A stretch of DNA of 64,000 nt from Enoplolaimus lenunculus (taxonomy: Eukaryota): positions 1 through 64,000 of the forward strand of contig JASANG010000727.1 of assembly GCA_030248215.1 (NCBI GenBank), written 5' to 3'. Under the pieces are notes generated by a model. It was not told the origin of the DNA and did no database searches. It worked only from the letters and a program-made list of their open reading frames with translations. This document shows, one piece after another, positions 25,833 to 36,386 of the stretch (position 1 is its first letter; each line of letters starts with the position of its first letter). Both the position numbers and the translations under genes were made by a program.

Positions 25833-27104
25833 CTAAAAATACTGCAAGGATTAGCAGAGTCACTTTGCAGCATCCAATTAAAATACTGCAAGGATTAGCA
25901 GATTCACTTTGGAGCATCCAATCAAAATACTGCAAGGATTAGCAGATTCACTTTGGAGCATCCAATTAAAATACTACAAGGATTAGTAGATTCACTTTGT
26001 AGCATCCAATTAAAATACTGCAAGGATTAGCAGATTCATTTTGGAGCATCCAATTAAAATACAGCAAGGATTAGCAGATTCACTTTGGAGCATCCAATCA
26101 AAATACTGCAAGGATTAGCAGAATCACTTTGTAGCATTTAATTAAAATACTACAAGGATTAGCAGATTCACTTTGTAGCATCCAATTAAAATACTACAAG
26201 GATTAGCAGATTCACTTTGCAGCATTCAATTAAAATACTGCAAGGATTAGCAGATTCACTTTGTAGCATCCAATTAAAATACTGCAAGGATTAGCAGATT
26301 CACTTTGCAACATTCAATTAAAATACTGCAAGGATTAGCAGATTCACTTTGTAGCATCCAATTAAAATACTGCAAGGATTAGCAGATTCACTTTGCAGCA
26401 TCCAATTAAAATACTGCAAGGATTAGCAGATTCACTTTGCAGCATCCAATTAAAATACTGCAAGGATTAGCAGATTCACTTTGTAGCATCCAATTAAAAT
26501 ACTGCAAGGATTAGCAGATTCATTTTGGAGCATCCAATTAAAATACTGCAAGGATTAGCAGATTCACTTTGGAGCATCCAATCAAAATACTGCAAGGATT
26601 AGCAGATTCACTTTGTAGCATCCAATTAAAATACTACAAGGATTAGTAGATTCACTTTGCAGCATCCAAGTAAAATACTGCAAGGATTAGCAGAATCACT
26701 TTGTAGCATTTAATTAAAATACTACAAGGATTAGCAGATTCACTTTGTAGCATCCAATTAAAATACTACAAGGATTAGCAGATTCACTTTGCAGCATTCA
26801 ATTAAAATACTGCAAGGATTAGCAGATTCACTTTGTAGCATCCAATTAAAATACTGCAAGGATTAGCAGATTCACTTTGCAGCATTCAATTAAAATACTG
26901 CAAGGATTAGCAGATTCACTTTGTAGCATCCAATTAAAATACTGCAAGGATTAGCAGATTCACTTTGCAGCATCCAATTAAAATACTGCAAGGATTAGCA
27001 GATTCACTTTGCAGCATCCAATTAAAATACTGCAAGGATTAGCAGATTCACTTTGTAGCATCCAATTAAAATACTGCAAGGATTAGCAGATTCACTTTGT
27101 AGCA
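25827..27104. repeat. Intronic 44-bp satellite, about 29 copies
   Basis: Unit CATCCAATTAAAATACTGCAAGGATTAGCAGATTCACTTTGTAG, head-to-tail with no spacers. Confidence 0.97.
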
Positions 27105-27817
27105 AACAACAACGGTCAGCATGCGCTTACGCGACTGTAATACTATGGTGTATAGTTGGCGTTATGGCTTGCGGCTAGTTTGGTTTCATTTCGGACCGAA
27201 ATAACCACGTCGACGACTTATTTGTTGCCAGAGCAAGCGTAGCGAGCGAGAAAATTTTTTACTTATACCAGTCGTCTTACATCCTACGATAGTACCGTTT
27301 TTTGACTGTTTCCAGAAAAATCAGGTCATATATCCGCTTATACGAAATTTTTTACTTTTAGCCTGCGTTGCGAACCGGCGTATACATAGGTCTGATAATG
27401 CGTTCCGCTAACCTATATATCAAAGCTGGAACACCCTACATACGTATTTTGGGCAACTTTCCAGCATTACTTTGTTTACACAATAATTTCTCAGGAAATA
27501 CACGTGATTGTTTTATGAAAGGAAAGTTGCAAGTTGTTTTGCGTATTGCGCAAAGCTGGCAGACTAGTATATTCTTAATACGCTAGACATATACTTGCAT
27601 GTCGTTATAAAATACCTTACAATAGAATCCGTATTACACCGCATTAATTTCGCAATAATACGTAAATATGACACCTAATGTTAACTTTAACCCCAACTAC
27701 AAAGTTTATTTTCCAACTCGACAATAAGGCGGCCCTCCAATCCTCGCATTCTGTGACTCTGGACGACCTCAACCGGTCTTTTAAACCGGTGGCACTCAGG
27801 CATAGCATAAAACTTAC

Positions 27818-28079
27818 CAATAAATCTGACTATGGTAAATCCAATCCATTCAGTGCATAAAATACAAGATAACGATATGATAATTAAACACGAATGACTC
27901 AGCATAAACACTAATCGCCGACCCCAATGATCAGCTAAATAGCCACACAGTTGGCTACCGAATAGCGAACCAACGCGTTCAATAGTGACCATTAAGTGTG
28001 GAATATAGTTCGCGTCACAGTATAGGGACCATTGTTCGACGACGCCGTAGAAATTACGCTCTACGGTAATGTTTTGGCC
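27818..28079 (-). CDS. SLC22-family transporter, exon 2
   Basis: TTTCAG acceptor. GQNITVERNFYGVVEQWSLYCD...GYLADHWGRRLVF contains the MFS motif A. GTAAGT donor in phase 1. Confidence 0.93.
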
Positions 28080-28110
28080 CTGAAATTAGTGCCCATATTG
28101 TCAAGTGTGG

Positions 28111-28313
28111 GGCCCATGTATATAACACGGTCGGAACAGTAGTATAATCGTATTCCTAAGCCTAAGCCTAAGCCTAAGCCTAAGCTTAATCCTAAGCGTA
28201 AGGATGATCCTGTTCCTAAGCCTAAGCCTAAGCAAAAAAATTAGTCTAAAGCTTAAACTGACTCTATCATAGCCCCTCCGAAAAACTATCCTGCCCTGTT
28301 CTGTACATGGGCC
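28111..28313. mobile_element. Telomeric-repeat MITE, subfamily C (GGCCCATGTAYAGAACAGGGCCGGAT terminus)
   Basis: Near-TSD CAAGTGTG/CAAATGTG. Other copies at ~13997-14120, 49469-49653, 57689 (chimeric), 61790-61977 and 63959 to the window end. Confidence 0.85.
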
Positions 28314-29229
28314 CCAAATGTGTATAGAACCTATCACAAAGTTCACTGTTTTGTAAATTAAGTTTACGCTGTGTTACTCGTTGTATACTTTGTAACAATC
28401 AGCTTTAGCCGTTCGCTTGTTATGAAAAACCTATTGCTAACTGATGATAGAGGCTACACATCGTTGTGAAAATGACACTATGCTTCAATGTCATAAAATT
28501 CTTGGCCAATGTTACTTTAAGGGGCGTCCAGTGGGTCCATAAAAGAGTAGGTTTAGATTCTACATTACATTATTTGCTTAGGCTTAGGCTTAAAAACTCA
28601 TTTTTGCAACGCTTAGGCTTTAGTCTTAGGCTTAGAAACTCATTTGTGCAACGCTTAGGCTTAGACTTAGGCTTAGGAATGAATACGCTTAATCTACTGT
28701 TACGCCCCTTAACGTAACATGGGCCAAATTCTTTAATAACTTGACCACGGCATATTTTCTAGTTTACACAGTGCGTGCAAACCGGAATTCATGTTCTTGT
28801 AGCGAAATGTGGTATTTTTCACTATTTAGTTCCGCGAACGTCCCAAGTTTGTATCGATCCGCAAGAGCGAAAACTACTACGTCGATTTCGCTGATATTCG
28901 TTAAAATAACGCCGTTAACCGTTCGAGTTATGGTGTAAAACGCCATATGCTAGAAATTTAATATCAAACGCTGAACAAAAAATTCGCCTTACCGGATAAC
29001 CTTAAGATTAAGCCAAAAACTATAATGTCACCCTAAAAGTGTCACTTTTCCGAGGTCGTACGCAGAGGGCTGCCCGAAATTTTTTTGGTACCCTATCAAA
29101 GGGTCATTCTCGCGTGTAAGGTGGTTATTTCAACCCCATAGCCCTACTAAATTGGTTCGACCCCCGATACCAGGTTGAGATGGATACGAGCCTGATAGCC
29201 ATGACGAAAATGTTTCATATTTCACTTGC

Positions 29230-29484
29230 CTCACACTGATCCAAGGTGTCACAAATATCAGCTGCAGAACGATTTCTGAGATGTTCCACCATGGAATGAT
29301 TGTGTTTAGAAATCGCCGCAGGTTCGTCACAACTAAACTGTGGTTCTTCAATTGCGTACGACATGAACACATAATTGCCACAGTAGCCAACCACAGCCCA
29401 TTGCAACAAAAATGCGAATCCGATTTGATAGCGGCCAAACGCACCAACATAGTCGAGGACTTGTTCGTATTTGGAGTACTGCAT
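29230..29484 (-). CDS. SLC22/OCT-family MFS transporter, first coding exon
   Basis: MQYSKYEQVLDYVGAFGRYQ... matches the SLC22 N-terminal G.FGRYQ motif, followed by TM1 and a Cys-containing loop. Phase-0 donor GAG|GCAAGT. The frame stays open ~100 nt upstream, so the true start may be earlier. Confidence 0.9.
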
Positions 29485-29866
29485 GCTGCCAGTTATGATT
29501 GGTGGATTTCGCGAGCTGTCCGCGTTGTCATTGGACGGAATACGACGGCCAGACGCGTCAGATAGCGAGCGGCAATTGGCTGATCTAATACACTAAAGTA
29601 TTATGCGGTGACATGAACACTTAGTCGGATCCGGAACCGAACCGGAAATCAAGTTTCTAGCCGGAAAAGAATTCGAAATCAAAAGTTAGGCTTTTAGATT
29701 TTAATATTTTTAAGTTTGTTAATTCTTTCCAGTAGTAAAACAAAGACGTCGTTGTTTCGTTTTCAAGGTTTTGCTTGATTTGATTTTTCGTCTGCAACTT
29801 ATAGTAGTTCAAATTACGTGGTTCTGCGCTATTTTTTACTCGGTTTGTTTCAAATTAAAGTGGAAT

Positions 29867-30239
29867 CAGTGGCGGATCCAGGATCTCAAAATGGGGGGGG
29901 GGGCCAAAATTTCACAGGTAATAAACTTATTTTTGAGCCATACTGTAGTGACCCAAATAAGAGGGGGTCCCCATTTTGAGTCCCAATTAATAGGAGTCAA
30001 TAAGAATCCGTAAGCGGGTAGAGTCCTTAAACCCTTGTTTAGAGTCCATAAATGTCTATTATCCCTCAGTGTAGTGCATAAATGACTCCAAGGCCAAGAA
30101 ACATTAAAGCGTGCTTATACTATTATGTATAAAACAGAGAAATAAACAGCGTAGAACAGCAATTGACACTATATAATTCTTGTCGAGATGCTGTTTGGGG
30201 GGCCACGGCCGGGGTGCTCCCCCCGTGGATCCGCCATTG
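29867..30239. mobile_element. hAT-like MITE (CAGTGGCGGATCC...GGATCCGCCATTG) with a nested fragment
   Basis: 8-bp TSD AGTGGAAT. Copies at 31129-31304 (TSD CTTATACC) and 51160-51552 (TSD AACAGGCG). Confidence 0.88.
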
Positions 30240-33200
30240 AGTGGAATATACTAAATTTATACTTAAAATGCTGTTCGCAACATAGCGAATCCTTAAGCGA
30301 ATACTCTACCACTGCGCCAAGCAGCCCGCCTATCCAACTGCATTTTTCGTCGACTATATGTGTCAACCGTATGCTGCCAGCTAAGCATACATACAGTGCA
30401 CTAAACTATATTGCATAGGCACATAACGGACAAGCATGTTTCACACGCTTCGGAATCGGAACAAAAATTTTGCCGGAATTTTAGCCGGAATCAGAATTCC
30501 GATGAAACCGTTGTACACGTGCCGCAGAAGCTGAAATATTTGTAACCGCAAAACTAATGGGATAAGACCATGGTGTAAACGGAACGGATAGTAAAAATAA
30601 CGGAAACGAGTGCTGAATTATAATGCAACTTCTACAATCACATGCGTACACCAGGTGACTTTTGACGTGGTAGTGTCATGGACACTGAAGCCAAAAAAGC
30701 TTCAATATCCTGAACGTTGAAGCCAAAAAGGTTCAGTGTCCTGGACATTGAAGCATTTTTGGCTTCAGCATCCTTCACACTGAATCAAACGCACTCAAGT
30801 TGACACGGCACCTAGTATAAAAGTTTAGAGAGATGTTTGTCTCTGAAAATGGACAGGTTTTTCTCAAGCAAAGTTTCCGAGCAGGACAGAATATATTTTC
30901 CGGAAAAGGTATTTTTCGGTAAACGTTTTCGTCCAGAAAATAGTGTCCGCTGGGGGAGCCAGTATTTTCCGGAAAAAACCACAGTATTTTCCAGGAAATA
31001 AGTGTCCGGCGGCCACTGTTCCATTGACACCAGACTGGAAAATGGTAGGTTACGATAAACCAACTGTTTACCAGTTTTAGGATGACAGATTTGCGAACTG
31101 GTACAATTAGCATTACGTCACTTATACCCAGTGGCGGATCCAGGATTTCAAAATGGGGGGGGGGCAAAATTTCACAAGTAATAAACTAATTTTTTCACCC
31201 ACACACAAACCACGAACTATTGCCATAAAATTGCTATATAATTTTTGTCGAGATGCTGTTGGGGGGGCCACGGCCGGGGTGGCCCCTCCATGGATCCGCC
31301 ATTGCTTATACCAAATCTTAATGTTTATATGATTAAAAACACTGGTTATTTTCGTTGCCTTTTATTGCGAGCCAAATTCGAAGCCTATATTTATTAATAA
31401 TGATTTGATAATAAACCTACGGTATAAAATCAAAACTTGCGTTCATGAAATTGCAATAATTTACAGAGTTTAAGTCCGGTTGCACTGCTGATGCGTTCAA
31501 TCGATAATCGGTTTAAAATTTAAAAAGTTACCAGGCATCACAACCGGGTCATCTTTGTGAACCAACGTGAAATTTAAAAAATGTTCCTAAATTTAAAACA
31601 GACATTACACTTTTGTATTTGTTCCTAAACGTTTTTTCGTTGCCGGAAACTTGACAAAATTGCTATAATTGACTGGGACCATATTCAGGAGTGTTTTCAA
31701 ACGGGGGCTAGAATAGTCTAGCACCCCCCTGGAAAAATTTCGATATGGCTTGCAAGTCGTGTAAAATCGCCGCATATATATCGCTCCTAAAAAGTTTAGC
31801 CCCTCCTTAGCATAATACATTGAATACAGGCCCGACCATTTTGATTGGCTGAAAGTGCAAACTCCTAGCGGCTAACCTGTTTTGGTAATCATCAGCAAAA
31901 ACCAAACAACAGGTAATAGAAGTTTAGTAACATATACAGTCTAAGAACGCTGGCTACTGTCTAAAAGCGAACGTACCCATAGGAGAGCTATCGGGTGCGA
32001 GTAGTACCCCGTAGAAAAATCTTTCAGCTAGAAAAATGTTTCAGCCCTGCTTAAGTTAGGTTAAACAACCGGATGGCGCATATCCCTGCAAAATATCATA
32101 CCCCCAGTAGCATGTTGGACCTGCTACGGGATTGCGTCTAAACAAAAAACACATCAAAATATTTTATTTGCCTTTTTGGCTTTAGATGAACAGTGTGTTT
32201 AAGCGTACAATAATGCAGCATGTAGTATATTAGCTCAAAACGTGCGTTACAAGTGTAAAATTTCGAAGAACAACAAGGTTTCATCAACTACCAAACACCA
32301 TCCTGGATTCGAAACTGACTCCCATTGAAGCATAAGTTTTAGAAAATAAATCGGGATCGGCGAAACATTTTGCGTTCGTTCAACAATGCTTACAACTCTT
32401 AACAGAATACACAGCTGTCAGCTGCACAAACAATCCAAAAGGCATTGCAAAGTATCAAAATATTTTAATATAAACACTTCAAAACTAAAATATCTCCATT
32501 TGTTTGGCAACCTGATGCCTTCTAAACAGGTACTATTGAGTTTTACCGGAACAGGAACAGGAATTGAATTTCTTTGCAGGAACCGGAACAGGAACTGGAA
32601 TTCGAAATATTTTTCGTCACCCCGAATTAGTGTTGGAGTCTTTAGAAAACTTGACAAAAAATGGCTTAAGCGCATTTTCAGCTATTTCATCATTATGTTT
32701 CGCGAAAACAGATGATCAGAAACAGTTTATTATTGAACTAATCGCAAAAACCCTCATTTCGAAATGACGATGTTTCAGAGTCAAAGTTTCCAATATTTTA
32801 AATGATTATTAATCATTTGACACAAAATCGTAAAAATATCCGGTTCCTGCATATTTGATTGCAGGAACATGAACAGAAACAGGAATTTAATTTTTGTACG
32901 AATTCCGGGCGTGAACAGGAATTCCAGTGTTACTCTTATATGGATATATATATGGATGTATGCATATATACATATGTATATTATATATTATATAATATAT
33001 ATCCGATCTCTCCTACTGATACTAAACATTAAATGCAAGTGCTGAAGAAGAATAACCTAAACGTCACCTTGAAACCGGAACAAAATAAAGTCGAAACCGG
33101 AAAACGAACATATCACATCTTTACATACCAACCAAGGTGCAACCGGAATTCCGGTTCCGGTAAATTGTAATTCCCGTTGCACCCTGATATATACCAACTA

Positions 33201-33391
33201 CAAGTTTTCGGGTAGCACTCTACTTCCTAGCATACACTACGGGCCCGTAGCCAAGAGTGGCCCACGAGAAGCTCAGTTACCCCTGGAAAAATTTTGGCCC
33301 CACCTAGAAAATTTCCAACCTTGCTCGTAAGTCGTTGAAAACCCTTAAATGCCGCCTCCTGAAAAATTTTCCACCGCCCCCTAGCAAGGTT

Positions 33392-34676
33392 AGCTGGCTA
33401 CGGGTCTCATACGCTACCGAACGGTGACGGATGGCGACGGACGGCGGCGTAGTTGCTAACGTTAGAAATTGAACCAAATATAGCCCCACCCTAATACTCT
33501 TATTTGCCAAATGTTACCAAACCAATTGGTTTTCCACTTACCTATCCTGTGGCACTGCAGTTGACATTGCCTAACCAATAAAGTAAGATCATGAAATTAA
33601 ATTATAACACTGAACCCAAATGATTATTATCAAATATGGATGCTATAAAATGCGTTTACAACGATATATCCTATCCCGCAAATGGATGTCCAAGGATTCG
33701 CTCTTAATACTTCAGCCACAGGTTTGTAATTTTTGACATTTCAACGATAACTTACTCGTAGGATTACGCTTAGGCTTAGGCTTTGGATCAACCTTGAACT
33801 TATAGTTACATTTGAGTGGGTGGGAGGCGTACAAGCGGAACAGGATTACCGTAAACATCTATCAGGGGCACAGCCCGGATTTCACTTCGATTCCGTAAAC
33901 ATCGTGTAAAATTTTACTCTATACCAATCGCAAGGTTATTTTCTGAAGCCTGTTCGAAGTACATTGTCTTGTCTCGAGAAATTTCGACAAATACATCCCC
34001 TCGTTTCTTGCCATTGTATACATCCCTGGTACCGAATAAAAGTCCTGTACCAGTCTAAACGAATATACAAATTTTGAGCAACCCAACACAGCGAGACCAA
34101 ATTTATGAGCAGCTAAAAAGCCTTGTGGCGCGATGCATCCCGTAAGCCGACTGTTAGCAGGATCACATAGACAAAATTCGGTCCATAAGGGTGGCGCCAT
34201 GCTTGTCGTGGGACGCTGTTCGTCGAGGCCGGACGTCGACTATTACCGAATGGCATGTTCGCAAATAGCCGGACAGCGCTAAGTGCTAGATTACGCACGA
34301 CGCCGCACAGCGACGCATGTCGCCGGATAACATTACAATTTATCAACAAATATAACTGCCACAGGGCCAGAAAGCACAACCGCCTGACACGCGTAAGAAA
34401 TACCTTGCAGATATCATAGTGGCCACTTCATTCTAGAAGTCCGCGACTGGACCTCTGCTAAATATTTCAACAACAACATCGACTACACCGGGACTGTGCC
34501 TAAGGTTGCTATCCCAAAACCAGCCTGAGGACCTTTTAGCTACTGCGAATCCAGATATTTTCGATGGACATCCAAGGTTGACGTAGCAGCCGTGCCTTTT
34601 TGCCTGCGCCTCCCTGCCCCTTTTAGTTCCCCGCGTGTACTTGCCAAGGTCAACGTTTCGAATTTTGAGTTATCTC
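33392..34676 (+). repeat. 1285-bp segment repeated, apparently identically, at 41332-42616
   Basis: Constant offset of 7940, with identical ORF translations in the ORF track. Confidence 0.95.
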
Positions 34677-34940
34677 GAGGGGGGGGGAAACATGCATTAT
34701 TTTTAAAAAAAAAAAACTGGGGGGGGGGGGGGGGGGGGGAGGGAAAAGAAAAAGGTCAAAAAAGATATGCAAATGATATGCAAAACGAGGAACAGAAAAC
34801 GATTGTGTGTGTGATGACCAGAAAAGGTTTTGTGGGGGCATATAGTTTGCTTTTAATTTTGGTTTGGCTTAAGTAGCGCCTACTGATTAATTGGCGATCA
34901 GGATCAAGCACGGCGTTTTTGCTCTGTTCTCTCATCAAAA

Positions 34941-36386
34941 ATGGCGACAGCGACGACCGGTTTACGAATCGCTGTCCCTCAGCCGCCGACGTTTATGGAT
35001 CAGCCGGGTGCAGCCCCGATCAAATGGCCTCTGTGGGTCAAGGATGTTACGAATTTCTTCACCCTGACGGAGGCGGCGTCGGGTCAAACTCTCACCGAGG
35101 CTTTCAAAAAGCTCTTCTTACAGTCGCTTCTTGGTGCCGAAGGCAAGCGGGTGGCATATGCTCACAACCTCGACAACAGTGACAGTTCAACTTTTTCTGG
35201 TTTCGTTTCGACGTTAGGGCAAATATTTCACAAGCCTGCCAACCCAGTGCGAGCCGAGTACGAGTTTCGACGACGAGTACAAGAAACAGGCGAATCTATA
35301 GCAGATTTTTTCACTGCTCTCCGGGCTCTCATTGGCGAGTGCGATTACGGCGCCGGCGAAGACCGTCAACTAGCGATGCAGTTGGTCATCGGGTGCAATT
35401 CGAGAGAAGTCCAGGAGCGACTACTGACGGAGCGGTCAATCGATCTCGAGAGCTTCCTGACGGTCATGAAGGCTGCCGAATCCGCAACACAAACCGGGGC
35501 TGCGCTCCGTAACGACGGCGCGATCAATCGAGTTGTTGTCGGCAAAGACAAATCAAAGCCACACAACCGCAATGGCGATCGCAGTCATGGGCGCAATCGC
35601 AAACCCAAGTGGAAGAGTGACGGTCGAGATAATACGACAACAAGTGGCAATCGGTGCAAAGGTTGTGGATCCATCAAGCACCAGTACAAAGACACTCACT
35701 GCCCAGCCCTCAACAAGAAGTGCAATGCTTGCGGCAAGCTGAACCATTTCGCGTCCGAATGCATCATTTCAAAGCGTCGACAGCAAGAAGTGAACTTGAT
35801 AGTGTGCAATCTTTATACAACCGCAAACGAGTCCTTGCCGATGGTCGCGGTGATGGTACCAGGGTCAACCCGTTCGTACAAAGCCATCGTCGATACGGCG
35901 GCAAGTGTTTCAACTATCAACCGGGATGACTACAACTCGTGCTGGCCCGGCCAAAGCCTCAATGGCACATCGACGACTCTGCGAAATTTCGATGGGACAA
36001 TCGTCAAAGGGATTTTGGGTCAAACGACCGTGGAAGTGCAAGTTCTGGGAAGATCCGCTCAAGCGAAGTTGTTCGTGACAGATTGTCGAATGCGATCAAT
36101 ATTGGGTGTCGACCTAATTCGAGCGCTGAAACTCACAGTCACCCATCGCGATGCGAGTGTGAAGGCTGTGCATGTCAGTCGGGAAGATGACGTTTTGGCG
36201 CAATTTCCAAAGCTGACGTCCGATTCGCTGGGCACTTTTCCTAAATTCAAACATCGAATCCAGTTGCGGGATGATGCTGTTCCAAAACAAAAGTCGTACC
36301 TCCACGAACAATCCCCATTGCACGGCGTGAGGCAGCGATTGCAGAAATCAGAAGAATGGAAGAACTGGGCATATGGAGCCCAGTGA
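34941..36386 (+). CDS. gag: Gag-protease (frameshifted at ~36285)
   Basis: Two zinc knuckles (CKGCGSIKH...CPA and CNACGKLNHFASEC), Q..GESI..F...LR.L capsid motif, and aspartic protease IVDTAAS. Confidence 0.93.
   Translation: MATATTGLRIAVPQPPTFMDQPGAAPIKWPLWVKDVTNFFTLTEAASGQTLTEAFKKLFLQSLLGAEGKRVAYAHNLDNSDSSTFSGFVSTLGQIFHKPANPVRAEYEFRRRVQETGESIADFFTALRALIGECDYGAGEDRQLAMQLVIGCNSREVQERLLTERSIDLESFLTVMKAAESATQTGAALRNDGAINRVVVGKDKSKPHNRNGDRSHGRNRKPKWKSDGRDNTTTSGNRCKGCGSIKHQYKDTHCPALNKKCNACGKLNHFASECIISKRRQQEVNLIVCNLYTTANESLPMVAVMVPGSTRSYKAIVDTAASVSTINRDDYNSCWPGQSLNGTSTTLRNFDGTIVKGILGQTTVEVQVLGRSAQAKLFVTDCRMRSILGVDLIRALKLTVTHRDASVKAVHVSREDDVLAQFPKLTSDSLGTFPKFKHRIQLRDDAVPKQKSYLHEQSPLHGVRQRLQKSEEWKNWAYGAQ

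Noticed and set aside
25827..27104. CRISPR-like array
   Set aside because: The units are head-to-tail with no unique spacers, there are no cas genes, and the array lies in a eukaryotic intron.
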